Assembly: GCA_001512545.1 (NCBI GenBank)
Contig: LFSI01000050.1
Coordinates: 3,204 to 67,203 of the forward strand
Length of the DNA stretch: 64,000 bases
Direction: 5' to 3'
Source: Clostridia bacterium DTU065
Lineage (GTDB): Bacteria; Bacillota; DTU065
Positions 8,765 to 18,530 of this stretch are shown here, piece by piece. Each line of letters starts with the position of its first letter. Within the stretch, counting starts at the first letter, position 1. The position numbers and the translations under genes are program-made. The notes beneath the pieces are model-generated. The model worked only from the letters and a program-made list of their open reading frames with translations. It was not told the origin of the DNA and did not search any database.

Positions 8765-9480
8765 AAAGAAAAGCGCTCCCCTAGGTAAAGCCTTCTTGCG
8801 TCTGGATCGTTGGCAATTTCTTTGGAGCTTCCTTCAACTAAAATGTGTCCTTCGTGCATAATATAGGCTCTATCTGTGATCGTCAAAGTTTCTCTGACGT
8901 TGTGATCGGTGATTAGAACGCCGAGGTTCTTTTCCCGGAGCATGGCAATGATCTCCTGAATGTCAGCAACGGCAATAGGATCTACTCCGGCAAAAGGTTC
9001 GTCGAGAAGAATAAAAGATGGGTCTGTAGCTAGAGCTCTTGCTATCTCTGTCCTTCTTCTTTCTCCCCCGGAAAGGCGAATGCCTTTGGTTTTCCTTACC
9101 ACGCCCAGTTTGAACTCTTCAATCAGTTCTTCGGTGCGATGTCTCTGAGTTTTAGCATCTGCCCCTCTAGCTTCCAGGATGGCCATGATGTTCTCTTCCA
9201 CAGTGAGCTTACGGAAAACCGAAGGCTCCTGAGGCAAGTAGCCAATTCCCTTAAGGGCTCGTTTGTGCATGGATAGGTGGGTAACGTCGTGACCGTCTAA
9301 GAGAATCCGGCCTCCGTTGACGCTTTCGATACCGACGATCATGTAAAAGGTCGTGGTTTTTCCGGCTCCGTTAGGTCCGAGAAGTCCCACAACTTCGCCG
9401 CGATTGACTTCTATAGTTACTTCGTCAACTACTTTTCTCTGTCCGTAGATCTTTACCAGGTTTTCTGCTCTGATGGTCAA
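8761..9480 (-). CDS. lptB: LPS export ABC transporter ATP-binding protein LptB
   Basis: 239 aa. It aligns nearly end to end with E. coli LptB: [85 protein letters not shown], and C-terminal [10 protein letters not shown] versus E. coli RVYLGEDFRL. Confidence 0.92.
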   Translation of the reverse strand: MTIRAENLVKIYGQRKVVDEVTIEVNRGEVVGLLGPNGAGKTTTFYMIVGIESVNGGRILLDGHDVTHLSMHKRALKGIGYLPQEPSVFRKLTVEENIMAILEARGADAKTQRHRTEELIEEFKLGVVRKTKGIRLSGGERRRTEIARALATDPSFILLDEPFAGVDPIAVADIQEIIAMLREKNLGVLITDHNVRETLTITDRAYIMHEGHILVEGSSKEIANDPDARRLYLGERFSL

Positions 9481-10610
9481 AAAACCACCTCCCCTTTGAG
9501 GATGGCCAGTATCAGCTCTGCCATTTTGCGTGCAGCTCCGGGAGCTCCCATTCTCTTGCGGCCTTCCTGGCCCATTCTTCTGCAGAGTTCCGGATCGCTG
9601 TAGAGCCTGTCAACGGCTTCGGCAATCTCCTTCGGGCTTTTGCCTTCTCCTACAAATAATACTGCATCGCCGAGAAGTTTCTTTTGCTTTCTCGCAAAAT
9701 AGGGGGTAAACTGGGCCCCCGGACCTACGAAAGTCACGACCGGCTTGCCCAGGCCTGCTGCCTGCTCATTGCCAGTACCGCTGAGACCGATAACCAGCTC
9801 TGCCTTGGCGATGATATCGGCAAAGAGATCTCGGCAGAGGTAGACCTTTTTTTCTCCCTTTTTCAGGACTCTGTAAGCGAAATGCGGAGGATCCTGATCC
9901 TCTACCCAGCCGTCATTCAGCAGAGACTTCCCACCACCGTCATCATTCATAGCAACTAGGAAGCTGTTGCAGGTCTCAAGCAGCGAGACCACCTCGAGTA
10001 TGGCTTTTAAGTTGATTACTGCGTCATCTCTTGTACCGGGCAAAATGCCAATAAACCTGTCTATACCAAAGTGTATGCCTTGAGGATGCAGGGCATCCAT
10101 CATCAGATTTCCCAAATAGTGCGCTCTGACTTTGCGCTTTCTAAGGTCCTTTGCGGTAATCTCGTCCCTTGGAAACACCACCAAAGCATTCTTCCTCATG
10201 ATTAAAAGGTCTAAGAAAGAATGAGCTTTGATGTAGTTGGACTTTGCTGTAGGCACAAAAACCTTTTTGCATTTTAAATACCGCGATGTGAAAAACAGAT
10301 TGTAGGTGTCACCAACGCATACTGCAAGTTTGACACCTCTTAAACCCTTCAGAGCTGCTTTTTGCTCTTTGAGCTGCGCAAACAATCCGGCAGAGACGTC
10401 TCTTGAAAGATTCTTTACGCCCAAGTATGCAAAACCTCCACTAGGAAGCAGTGGTTGAGAATGAATCTTCTTTATCCCAGCACGGTCGTATGCCGTTCCT
10501 TCTCCCACAAGAGGCAGCGCTACCACTTCATGTTCCAGCGCTAGTTGTTTTGCGAGCTCTGAAGCAAGAATGTCTTCTCCATGCCCGTTGCTAACAATAC
10601 AAATGGTCAT
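9477..10610 (-). CDS. LpxB-related GT-B glycosyltransferase-like protein (lipid-A-disaccharide-synthase-related family; function unassigned)
   Basis: 377 aa. N-terminal [23 protein letters not shown] resembles the lipid-A-disaccharide-synthase-related family that starts ILSNGHGED. The C-terminal GT-B half ([23 protein letters not shown]) resembles the LpxB SGTAT-E-A-G-P-V region. RBS GGAGGGAG. Confidence 0.5.
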   Translation of the reverse strand: MTICIVSNGHGEDILASELAKQLALEHEVVALPLVGEGTAYDRAGIKKIHSQPLLPSGGFAYLGVKNLSRDVSAGLFAQLKEQKAALKGLRGVKLAVCVGDTYNLFFTSRYLKCKKVFVPTAKSNYIKAHSFLDLLIMRKNALVVFPRDEITAKDLRKRKVRAHYLGNLMMDALHPQGIHFGIDRFIGILPGTRDDAVINLKAILEVVSLLETCNSFLVAMNDDGGGKSLLNDGWVEDQDPPHFAYRVLKKGEKKVYLCRDLFADIIAKAELVIGLSGTGNEQAAGLGKPVVTFVGPGAQFTPYFARKQKKLLGDAVLFVGEGKSPKEIAEAVDRLYSDPELCRRMGQEGRKRMGAPGAARKMAELILAILKGEVVF

Positions 10611-10677
10611 GGGCTCCCTCCTACTGTTTCGCTCTTAAAGCCTCTGCAACCTCTAGCAATTACTGGTGCACGCTATT

Positions 10678-12432
10678 CTAAGCTTCAGCTGCGTCTCCTG
10701 CAGCATACAAACTGTAGTAGATGCCACCCAAAGCCATGAGCTCATCGTGAGTACCCGATTCAACAATGCAGCCGTCTTTAAGCACCAGTATCCTGTCTGC
10801 ATTCTTGATGGTAGACAACCTGTGGGCAATGACCAGCGCCGTTCTGCCTTCTTTTAAAAGCTCAAATCCGTCTTGAACTGCTTTTTCGCTTTCGGCATCA
10901 AGAGCTGATGTGGCTTCGTCGAGGATGAGGATTTTCGGGTCTTTGAGAATTGCCCTGGCGATGGCGACCCTCTGCCTCTGCCCTCCCGAAAGGCTGGCGC
11001 CTTCTTCGCCGATCAGAGTATCGTAACCGTTTGGAAGCTGCATGATAAACTCATGGGCATTGGCCCTTTTCGCTGCCGTTTCTACTTCCTGACGTGTGGC
11101 CTCTTTTCTGCCGTAGGCTATACTGTCAAAAACCGTACCTGCAAAAAGGAAGGTTTCCTGCGGTACTAGACCAATCTGACTTCTGAGCGAACTTAAAGTT
11201 ACAGCAGCTATGTCTGCACCATCAATCAAAATTCTACCGCTGTCGGGGTTGTAGAACCGCATGAGGAGATTGGCGATGGTAGTCTTCCCGGAACCGCTGG
11301 GACCTACAAGGGCCACAACTTCTCCGGGCTCGATGGTGAAGGAGATGTTGTGAAGAACCTCCTCCTCAGCATAGGAGAAGCTGAGGTTCTGAAACTCGAT
11401 TCTACCCTCTCGCACTACCAACTCAGCTTTGGCCTCTTCGCTGGAGACCTCTTCCGGCTCGTCCATAAGTTCAAAGACCCTCTCGGCAGAAGCAAACGCC
11501 TGCTGAAACAAGCTAATAATTCGCGACAAAGACGTTATTGGACCAGAAGTCATGCCCAGGTAGGTGATAAAGCTCACCAGAGTACCTGCAGTGATTCTGC
11601 CTGCAATAACCTCTTTGCTGCCAAACCAGACCACGATCAAAAGGCCGATGACGCTAATTACCTCGATCAGCGGCAGCACTCCTGCCATGATCCTCGTGGA
11701 TTTCATGTTAATGGCAAAAGACCGTTGGTTTTCCCCCTGCAGGTTCTCCAGCTCCTTTTTTTCAGCGCGGTAAGCTTTGACCACCCTGATACCGGAAAGA
11801 ACCTCCTGAAGACCTGCGGAGATGTCCGCAAGCTTTGCCTGAACCTGCCTGGCTAGAAACCTGAGTCTCCGGCTGAGAACCCAAACTAAAAAAGCTATGA
11901 GGGGAAGCACGAGGCAGGCTGCAGTTGCCAGGCGGTAGTCAAGAACGAAAATAATAACGATAATTCCCACTCCGGTTACCACCTGATTGATGAACTCTCC
12001 CAGTCCCTGCCCTACTGCAGTCTGTAAGTTGTTAATGTCGTTTGTAACCTTGGAAATGATCTCGCCTTTTCTTGCACTTTGGTGATAACCCAGCGGCAGA
12101 TAAAGCACCCTGGACAAAAGGTCATTGCGGATGTCCCTAACCACAGAGTGTCCGAGGTATGCCAAACAGTAGTGCTGGGCGTAGCTAAACAACCCTTTGA
12201 CCACGTACAGCACAACGGCCGTAAGGGCTAGAGTGTTCAAGGTCTTCATCCCGTTTTCATTGATCTTCATAAGTACGTCATCAATAAGCCCCTGTCCGAG
12301 AAGGAGCGGAAGATACAGCGTAATCAGGGCAAGACCCAAAAGGGACAGCACGCCAAACACCGTGTATCCCGCATAGGGACGCACGTACGCCAGCAGTCGT
12401 TTGAGAGTTTTTTTGCGGTTAGGCGTCTTCAT
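10678..12432 (-). CDS. msbA: ABC exporter, fused permease and ATPase (MsbA-like lipid A / lipid flippase)
   Basis: 584 aa. Six N-terminal TMs then an NBD with GPSGSGKTT, LSGGQRQRVAIARAIL, ILILDEATSALD and IAHRLSTI. Its position inside the lpx cluster supports MsbA. Confidence 0.8.
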   Translation of the reverse strand: MKTPNRKKTLKRLLAYVRPYAGYTVFGVLSLLGLALITLYLPLLLGQGLIDDVLMKINENGMKTLNTLALTAVVLYVVKGLFSYAQHYCLAYLGHSVVRDIRNDLLSRVLYLPLGYHQSARKGEIISKVTNDINNLQTAVGQGLGEFINQVVTGVGIIVIIFVLDYRLATAACLVLPLIAFLVWVLSRRLRFLARQVQAKLADISAGLQEVLSGIRVVKAYRAEKKELENLQGENQRSFAINMKSTRIMAGVLPLIEVISVIGLLIVVWFGSKEVIAGRITAGTLVSFITYLGMTSGPITSLSRIISLFQQAFASAERVFELMDEPEEVSSEEAKAELVVREGRIEFQNLSFSYAEEEVLHNISFTIEPGEVVALVGPSGSGKTTIANLLMRFYNPDSGRILIDGADIAAVTLSSLRSQIGLVPQETFLFAGTVFDSIAYGRKEATRQEVETAAKRANAHEFIMQLPNGYDTLIGEEGASLSGGQRQRVAIARAILKDPKILILDEATSALDAESEKAVQDGFELLKEGRTALVIAHRLSTIKNADRILVLKDGCIVESGTHDELMALGGIYYSLYAAGDAAEA

Positions 12433-13597
12433 TCTTTACTTCCCACCTTTTGCATAGCGAAGTAGCGATTCTTTCTGCTGTATCTGTTTTTGGAAAATGA
12501 GTTAAAAGGTTTTGCGACATCTCGGCAAGCTTTTCTTTATCTTGGTAAAGCCCCAGGACAAACTCTGCAACGTTTTCTGCGTTAAGAAACCCCTTGAGTT
12601 CCGGGGCTAGAGCCTTCTTTGACATGATGTTAGGCAGCGCAACAAAACCCAGACTCGGGGCTTTCTTCCAAATCAGACGCTCCTTCATCCACGGTCCAAA
12701 ACGAGGTATGCCGCTCAGAATGCCCACCAGTCCTTCCAGTGGAATTTCTCTTGCAATGTTGAAAGGCAAAATGGCAACATGAGGCAGGCCGTAGAAAGCC
12801 ATTTCTGCGGTGTTTGTTCCGGGGACGGTCAGAGCAAGTGCTGACGTCTCCATTATCTCGTGGGACCTGCCGAAGTAAAAGGGGATACTGAGGCCCTTTT
12901 CGGTAACTATGGCATCTCCTTCTACTCTCCCTGTTGTGCCTCCCAAGCGGGGATTTGCTTGCCTGAGCGCTTCCTTCAGCAGGTCTCTGTTTGCAAAGTC
13001 CGAGAAGCTAATGACAAACTCCAAGTCGGGAGTTCTCTCTTTGATCAGTTCTGCTATAGCGAGAAAAAATGGCAGTATACTTTTTACATAGGCACGACTT
13101 CCAGGAAAGATAGCGATCTGGTTGCTCTTTCTGGGAAGCCCCAAAACTTCCAGACCGGAGAACATCAAGTCGCCTACGACTTCGATCTTCTCCGAGCTCA
13201 CTCGCTTGGCCACCTGCTCTTTGACGTTTTCATTGGGCACAAAGACCAGATCCAGGTCCCTGTCAGCTCTCTTAGTGCTGTAAACCGCTACAGGATACCT
13301 CAAGAGCTTGCCCAGTCTTCTTGCATGCCAGATATCTCCGCCTAGAAAAAGAACGCACCCTACACCATCTCTGGGGATCTTTTCGATTCCCAGAGCTATA
13401 CGCCAATACCTGTTCGGTGAAAAGATGCGTCTGATAGTCCCAGTTTGTCTTAAAACGTCGGCTTCTTTCCCAGTAGCAAACGCGCAGGGAGTGAGCACCA
13501 CGTCTACATCTGCGCCCAGCGTATGCAGGATTTTAGCAACAGGTATTACCCAGCCCGTGACTTCTCCAGGGCTGTTAGTTGTAATTACTACCTGCAC
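12419..13597 (-). CDS. LpxB-family paralog (lipid-A-disaccharide synthase-related protein)
   Basis: 392 aa. The C-terminal region ALTVPGTNTAEMAFYGLPHVAILPF...VALPNIMSKKALAPELKGFLNAENV parallels LpxB SGTATLE-ALLG-P-VV-Y...LPNLL-GR-IVPEL-Q. The N-terminus lacks the canonical GEPSGD. Confidence 0.6.
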   Translation of the reverse strand: MQVVITTNSPGEVTGWVIPVAKILHTLGADVDVVLTPCAFATGKEADVLRQTGTIRRIFSPNRYWRIALGIEKIPRDGVGCVLFLGGDIWHARRLGKLLRYPVAVYSTKRADRDLDLVFVPNENVKEQVAKRVSSEKIEVVGDLMFSGLEVLGLPRKSNQIAIFPGSRAYVKSILPFFLAIAELIKERTPDLEFVISFSDFANRDLLKEALRQANPRLGGTTGRVEGDAIVTEKGLSIPFYFGRSHEIMETSALALTVPGTNTAEMAFYGLPHVAILPFNIAREIPLEGLVGILSGIPRFGPWMKERLIWKKAPSLGFVALPNIMSKKALAPELKGFLNAENVAEFVLGLYQDKEKLAEMSQNLLTHFPKTDTAERIATSLCKRWEVKNEDA

Positions 13598-14738
13598 CTT
13601 TTGCCACCTCCAAGACGAGCTTTGCCGTTTTTACGTACGCTCCTTCTTCTGCGCCGCCTTCACCTTGCAGTCTCAAGCGCACTTTGGCAAGGCCGTCCAC
13701 CATGCCCACTCTTAGCCTGGGATCAGAAAGTAGCGGTTTTAGTTCGCTAGCCATGTTTTCCGCAGTGCAGTCGTTCTGTATGAGTTCGGGAACCACCCTC
13801 TTGTTTAAGACCAAGTTTGGTAGAGAGTAGTACTTCACAGTAACAAGACGCTTCACGAAGAAAAATGTGATTTTAGACAGCTTGTACACTACCACCATAG
13901 GCCGCTTTAAAAGCGCAGTCTCAAGAGTTACGGTCCCTCCTGCACAAAGACACACTGTAGATGCTGCGATCACTTTGTGGGTCTGGTCTTGAAAAACGAG
14001 AGGCGAAAAACCTACCTCCCTGTTTATTTCCTCAATGGTTTCCAGCTTTATTGCTGGGGAAAGGCCCAAAATAACCTGGAGGTCGGGAAAATCCTTTTTC
14101 AGCAGTTTGCAGGCTTCGAGCATCGGCGCATATAAGGTACCGATCTCCTGCTTTCTCGAGCCCGGAAGAAGAGCTAAAACAGGAGAACTGTCGCTTAGGC
14201 CCAGTTCCTTTAGAGCTTTGCTTCTATCTATCTCGCCGGGGATATCCAAAAGCAGCGGGTGCCCCACGCTGACGATGTCGGCGCCGGCATTGCGGTAGAC
14301 CTCTAGCTCCATTGGCAGTATGCTTGCGACCTTGTCCACCGTCTCCGCTACCTTGTAAGCTCTCTTTTTGCCCCACGCCCACGCTGAGGGAGGTATAAAG
14401 TACACTACAGGGATCTTAAGCTTTTTGGCCAGCTTGGCCACACGCATGTTGAACCCTGGAAAATCAATGAGAACCACGCAATCGGGCTTTCTCTCTTTCA
14501 TGATAACTTCGAGTCTTTTCAACCAATTGCGGAAAAACCCTATCTGCTTTAGGGCTTCAGTAATCCCAACAACGCTAAGTTCGGTGGGATCGAAGATGAC
14601 ATCAAATCCGGCTTTTTTCATCTGCTGAGAACCGAATCCAAAAGCTTCAATGCTGGAATTAAGAGACTGCAACGCCTTTAATAGATTGGCACCGTAATAG
14701 TCCCCAGATGGTTCCCCTGCAAAAATCATAATCTTCAA
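13575..14738 (-). CDS. lpxB: Lipid-A-disaccharide synthase
   Basis: 387 aa. MKIMIFAGEPSGDYYGANLLKAL...VIFDPTELSVVGITEALK...PDCVVLIDFPGFNMRVAKLAKKLKIPVVYFIPPSAWAWGKKRAYK...VGHPLLLD... matches LpxB hallmarks (GEPSGD, PS-WAW, VGHPL). The C-terminus has CAGGTVTLETALLKRPMVVVYK and LPNLVLNKRVVPELIQ. Confidence 0.88.
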   Translation of the reverse strand: MKIMIFAGEPSGDYYGANLLKALQSLNSSIEAFGFGSQQMKKAGFDVIFDPTELSVVGITEALKQIGFFRNWLKRLEVIMKERKPDCVVLIDFPGFNMRVAKLAKKLKIPVVYFIPPSAWAWGKKRAYKVAETVDKVASILPMELEVYRNAGADIVSVGHPLLLDIPGEIDRSKALKELGLSDSSPVLALLPGSRKQEIGTLYAPMLEACKLLKKDFPDLQVILGLSPAIKLETIEEINREVGFSPLVFQDQTHKVIAASTVCLCAGGTVTLETALLKRPMVVVYKLSKITFFFVKRLVTVKYYSLPNLVLNKRVVPELIQNDCTAENMASELKPLLSDPRLRVGMVDGLAKVRLRLQGEGGAEEGAYVKTAKLVLEVAKGAGSNYN

Positions 14739-14763
14739 CTAAAAGACCTCCCGCAAACCGCAA

Positions 14764-15621
14764 TCATCTTTCTGTGTATCCGTAGATTGCCATTCCGTTT
14801 GCATCTGCAAGACTGATGCACTCTTCTCTATCCAGCAGGAAGACTCTGTGAGCTTCAAGAACGAGCACGCTGATGCCGCTTTCAACTGCAGTTTTGACCG
14901 TTTCTAAACCCACTGTAGGAACGTCAAGTCGCCAGTCCTGGTTGGTGCTGGACACCTTACACGCGACAGCACCTTTAGCCAAGGAACCTGCCCGCCTCAA
15001 AGTAGCGTTGGTTCCATCGATGCCCTCTACGGCGATAACCGCACGTCTTTTTACCACCAACGTCTGGGAGATGTCGTGGTCGGCGAGGATTTTCCCCGTC
15101 TTGTAGCCGAACTGCACGTCCAAAAGCTGCTCGTTTGTGATGCTGCCTGCAATACTTCCTTCACCTGCAATGTAGTGTTCAATGTACTTGCCTTGAGACG
15201 CAACTTCTATCCCGTTTTCGTTGAAATGCCTGATAAGTGCCTTTAGAACCGTTTCGTTTTGAAAGTCGGTTAGTCTAGCCAAAACTTTCTGCCAAGCCCC
15301 ATCGAACTCTGCGTTGAAAAAATCCAGCTTGGCAAAACTCCCAGCAAGGGTTAACTCTTCGATACCCTCGGCAAGGAGCTTTTCGGTGAGCTTTGCCAGT
15401 TCACCCAGTTTAAACTGAAAGACTCTTTCCCCGGCTAGCTCCAGCGTCTCCAGCGAGTGGCTGCAGAAAAACACCGGTTCGATCCCGGCTTTTTTCATCT
15501 CTTCTCCGATAAGTACTGGCAGTTTTCCACTGCCTGCGATTATTCCAGCTCTTCTAATCTTCGCTTCCTCCTTCAACACCGCTTCTGCTGGGACAAATAC
15601 CTCTTTTCGACTGCTCCACAA
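14764..15621 (-). CDS. lpxI: UDP-2,3-diacylglucosamine hydrolase LpxI (DUF1009 family)
   Basis: 285 aa. GIIAGSGKLPVLIGEEMKKAGIEPV matches the LpxI N-terminal G-IAG-G-LP motif. It sits between lpxB and lpxA, as in lpxI-type clusters. The annotated start overlaps the lpxA 3' end by 68 nt, so the true start may be an internal GTG/TTG near VLKEEAKIRRAG. Confidence 0.65.
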   Translation of the reverse strand: MWSSRKEVFVPAEAVLKEEAKIRRAGIIAGSGKLPVLIGEEMKKAGIEPVFFCSHSLETLELAGERVFQFKLGELAKLTEKLLAEGIEELTLAGSFAKLDFFNAEFDGAWQKVLARLTDFQNETVLKALIRHFNENGIEVASQGKYIEHYIAGEGSIAGSITNEQLLDVQFGYKTGKILADHDISQTLVVKRRAVIAVEGIDGTNATLRRAGSLAKGAVACKVSSTNQDWRLDVPTVGLETVKTAVESGISVLVLEAHRVFLLDREECISLADANGMAIYGYTER

Positions 15622-16396
15622 AGTTCAAAAAGTGCTGGACTTCAGGATACATCTCCAAAGACTCAGCGATCTTCTCAATAGCTTTAGATCTGGTTAGCCC
15701 TTCGCGGTAGAGAATGCGGAAGGCCTTTTTTAACTCGCTTCTAACTTTAGGTCCCAGACCGTTTCTTCTAAGCCCAATGGAGTTTAGGCCAACGGCACCA
15801 GCGGGATTACCATCTACAAGGAGGTACGGGGGAACATCTCCGGTGATCTTAGCCATACCACCGATCATTGCCATCTCGCCAATACGGCAGAACTGATGTA
15901 CTCCAGCCATGGCGCCAATTATCGCCCTATCTTCCACAGTCACATGGCCCGCAAGGCCTGCACCGTGAGTAACGATGACCCGGTCTCCCACCTTACAGTC
16001 GTGGGCAATGTGGCTGTAGGCCATGATCAAGCAATCACTGCCGACCTGGGTCGAGCCATCACCAAAAAGTGTACCCCTCTCTACTGACGAGTACTCTCTA
16101 AACTGCGTATTACGACCGATGATGGTGCGGGTGCTCTCGCCTTTGTACTTCAAGTCCTGGGGCTCCATGCCGATAATAACTCCTTCGTTCAAGGTGCAGG
16201 AGTCTCCGATGATGCTCCCTTCGTGGATGGTGCACCTAGGGCCGATCTTAACGTTGTCGCCGATTTCTACACCCTTCTCCACAATGCAAAAGGGTCCGAC
16301 TTCTACGTTTTTGCCCAGCTTTGCACCAGGGTCCACCAGAGCTGTCGGATGTATCTTTGTTCCTACAAAATGCGCTGAATCTTCCAACCTTACCAA
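15554..16396 (-). CDS. lpxA: Acyl-ACP--UDP-N-acetylglucosamine O-acyltransferase
   Basis: 280 aa. Left-handed beta-helix hexapeptide repeats. It is collinear with E. coli LpxA: IHPTALVDPGAKLG, IGPFCIV, QDLKYKGE, VGSDCLIMAYSHIAHDCKVG, AGVHQFCRIG, GDVPPYLLVDGNPAG, LRRNG, YPEVQHFLNFVEQSKRG. Short N- and C-terminal extensions. Confidence 0.9.
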   Translation of the reverse strand: MVRLEDSAHFVGTKIHPTALVDPGAKLGKNVEVGPFCIVEKGVEIGDNVKIGPRCTIHEGSIIGDSCTLNEGVIIGMEPQDLKYKGESTRTIIGRNTQFREYSSVERGTLFGDGSTQVGSDCLIMAYSHIAHDCKVGDRVIVTHGAGLAGHVTVEDRAIIGAMAGVHQFCRIGEMAMIGGMAKITGDVPPYLLVDGNPAGAVGLNSIGLRRNGLGPKVRSELKKAFRILYREGLTRSKAIEKIAESLEMYPEVQHFLNFVEQSKRGICPSRSGVEGGSED

Positions 16397-16432
16397 AGGG
16401 ATCTTTCTCCTTCCTTAGGTAAAAGCCAGAGT

Positions 16433-16852
16433 CTATCCTAAGGCAAATAAAAGCTCAGCTTCAGCCGCAAGTTCTCCATCGACTTTGGCCTCACTGTGAA
16501 CTTTAACCACCTTGCCCCTGGCTTTTATAATATTGACCTCCACAATTAGCTGATCCCCGGGGACGACCTGTCTGCGAAATCTCGCTCGGTCAACGCCGGC
16601 AAAAAGCGGCACGCCACCTTCTTCTTCGAGGGCAGACATGTAAGCAATGCCGGTAGATTGAGCCATGACTTCCAAAATAAAAACCCCCGGCAGGATGGGC
16701 ATTCCCGGATAGTGACCTGTAAACTGCGGTTCGTTAGACGTGATATTCTTTAGAGTAACAACTCTCTTTCCCGGTTCGAGCTCGAGCACCCTGTCGACGA
16801 GAAGCATCGGATAGCGATGAGGTAGGATAGACATAATTTCCTGGATATTCAC
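16433..16852 (-). CDS. fabZ: 3-hydroxyacyl-ACP dehydratase
   Basis: 139 aa. ILPHRYPMLLVDRVLELEPGKRVVTLKNITSNEPQFTGHYPGMPILPGVFILEVMAQ is the canonical FabZ hot-dog motif (LPHRYPFLLVDRV...GHFP--PVMPGVL). Confidence 0.92.
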   Translation of the reverse strand: MNIQEIMSILPHRYPMLLVDRVLELEPGKRVVTLKNITSNEPQFTGHYPGMPILPGVFILEVMAQSTGIAYMSALEEEGGVPLFAGVDRARFRRQVVPGDQLIVEVNIIKARGKVVKVHSEAKVDGELAAEAELLFALG

Positions 16853-16872
16853 TCATTACCCCTCCAGTTGGA

Positions 16873-17706
16873 TTATTTACCGCCCAAACCCACCTGCTCT
16901 AGTATTCTCCGCACCAGGAGAGCATTGTGCCTATGGCCGGTCCCTACAGCAACAATGTGGGCTTTAAGACGATATTCGCCAATAAGCGCCAGATCGCCGT
17001 ACATATCAAGTACCTTGTGTCTTGCCACTTCCTCTGGAAACCTTCTTTTATTGGCAAATCCCGTCTCGTCGATAAGTACTACCATGTTCTCATCTCCACC
17101 CAGAGCTAAGCCCTGCTTTCTGAGTTCTTCCAAATGCTGTTTAAAAGCGATGGTTCTAGCAGGTGCAAGCTCTGACTCGAAGTCGTCCTCTGCTTCATTA
17201 AAATTATAATACATATCGGGAACGTTTTCCTGATTTGAGATAAAAGTATACGAAAGCCTCAGCTCCGGGTAAGGAAACGCCGCTACATATCTCGGGCCAT
17301 CGTCGATTTTAATGGGCTCCTGCAGCTGAACCACAGGAAGATCTCCCTGAGGTACAGTGCCTCCTGCTTTCAGTGCTTTAAAGAATTCGAGACTCGAGCC
17401 ATCCAGGGCAGGCAGCTCTTCGCCGTCGATTTCGATGTGCAGATTGCTCAGCCCCAGCGCGTTGCAGGCCGCCATGAAGTGCTCGATAGTCATAACCCTT
17501 GCAGAGTCTTTACCCACTGCAGTGCAGAGGGGGATCCCCAGCGAGGATGCGATATCCACCTTGATGCACGGTACGCCCTCAAGGTCCGTCCGGACAAACC
17601 TTCTGCCATAGCCTTCTGGCGCAGGAGAGACTTTCATCACTACGTCTTTGTTGGTGTGCAATCCTCTACCCTTTATGACAACTGGGTTTTTCAAGGTTTT
17701 CTGCAT
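16873..17706 (-). CDS. lpxC: UDP-3-O-acyl-N-acetylglucosamine deacetylase
   Basis: The ORF track starts at 17739. The second Met (MQKTLKNPVVIKGRGLHTNKDV, compare E. coli [24 protein letters not shown]) at 17706 has RBS GGAGGAAG 6 nt upstream, so it is preferred. Matches include TIEHFMAACNALGLSNLHIEIDGEELPALDGSS and the C-terminal HKVLDMYGDLALIGEYRLKAHIVAVGTGH. Confidence 0.88.
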   Translation of the reverse strand: MQKTLKNPVVIKGRGLHTNKDVVMKVSPAPEGYGRRFVRTDLEGVPCIKVDIASSLGIPLCTAVGKDSARVMTIEHFMAACNALGLSNLHIEIDGEELPALDGSSLEFFKALKAGGTVPQGDLPVVQLQEPIKIDDGPRYVAAFPYPELRLSYTFISNQENVPDMYYNFNEAEDDFESELAPARTIAFKQHLEELRKQGLALGGDENMVVLIDETGFANKRRFPEEVARHKVLDMYGDLALIGEYRLKAHIVAVGTGHRHNALLVRRILEQVGLGGK

Positions 17707-17777
17707 GCTACTTCCTCCAATCAGAGGATTATTCTGCATTGCTTCTTCCTATCCTTCTGCCTATGGAAAGAAGCAGG

Positions 17778-18530
17778 TCAAACGACCTGCTTCACATCTA
17801 GCTTTCCTAAGGCCTCTCTGGTGTCTAAGAGCCTTTCCCGATACATAGCTCCGACGTGAGACGCGGGCTCGGCAAAGATCCTGCTAGGAGGCGCTTCTTC
17901 AACGATTCTGCCTGCTTCCATGAGTACAAGTCGATCTGCTACTTTGAGAGCAAACGGCATCTCATGAGTTACTACCAGCATCGTTTTTTTCTGTGCTAGC
18001 GAGTCCATAATTCTGAGAATCTCGTGAACGTACATAGGATCAAGGGCAGCGGTTGGTTCGTCCCAAAAGATGATGTCGGGATCCAAAGCCAGGGCTCTAG
18101 CAATACCTACCCTCTGCTTCTCACCGCCTGAGAGCTGTCTGGGATATCTAAACCTTTTGTCCCAAAGGCCTACCGACTTGATGGCTTCTTCGGCCTTTTT
18201 GCGATCTCTGTCTCCTTCCCAAAGAGCTAGGAGTACGTTTTCCAGGACGGTGAAGTGGTCCAGGAGCTGGAACTCCTGAAAAACGATGCCCATCTTGCGC
18301 CTTTTTTTGCGCAGAGCTTCTGGCGACAGAGCCTGGAGGTTAACACCTTCAAACCAGACCTCGCCGGACTTGGGTTTGATGAGCCCTAAACAGACTCTGA
18401 TCAAAGTGGACTTGCCGCATCCGCTTGGTCCTGTGAGAACAACCGTTTCGCCGTCTTCCACCTTGAGGTTTACGTTGGCAAGAGAGCGCACGTTATTTCT
18501 TTCTAAAACAATGTCGTGAAGTTCAAGCAT
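17778..18530 (-). CDS. ABC transporter ATP-binding protein (polar-amino-acid/GlnQ-like NBD)
   Basis: 250 aa. GPSGCGKSTLIR; Q-loop MGIVFQEFQLLDHFTVLENV; LSGGEKQRVGIARALALDPDIIFWDEPTAALDP; VVTHEMPFALKVADRLVLMEAGRIVE (compare GlnQ/HisP VTHEMGFAREVADRVIFMD-G-IVE). Confidence 0.85.
   Translation of the reverse strand: MLELHDIVLERNNVRSLANVNLKVEDGETVVLTGPSGCGKSTLIRVCLGLIKPKSGEVWFEGVNLQALSPEALRKKRRKMGIVFQEFQLLDHFTVLENVLLALWEGDRDRKKAEEAIKSVGLWDKRFRYPRQLSGGEKQRVGIARALALDPDIIFWDEPTAALDPMYVHEILRIMDSLAQKKTMLVVTHEMPFALKVADRLVLMEAGRIVEEAPPSRIFAEPASHVGAMYRERLLDTREALGKLDVKQVV

Noticed and set aside
11350-11856. 168-aa plus-strand ORF inside msbA
   Set aside because: It is antisense to a well-conserved ABC exporter. 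No RBS and no conserved motifs.
15554-15621. 68-nt overlap between lpxI start and lpxA end as a possible frameshift
   Set aside because: LpxA simply has an 11-aa C-terminal extension relative to E. coli. The lpxI ORF-track start is probably too far upstream, and an internal GTG/TTG near VLKEEAKIRRAG is likely. There is no evidence that either gene is disrupted.
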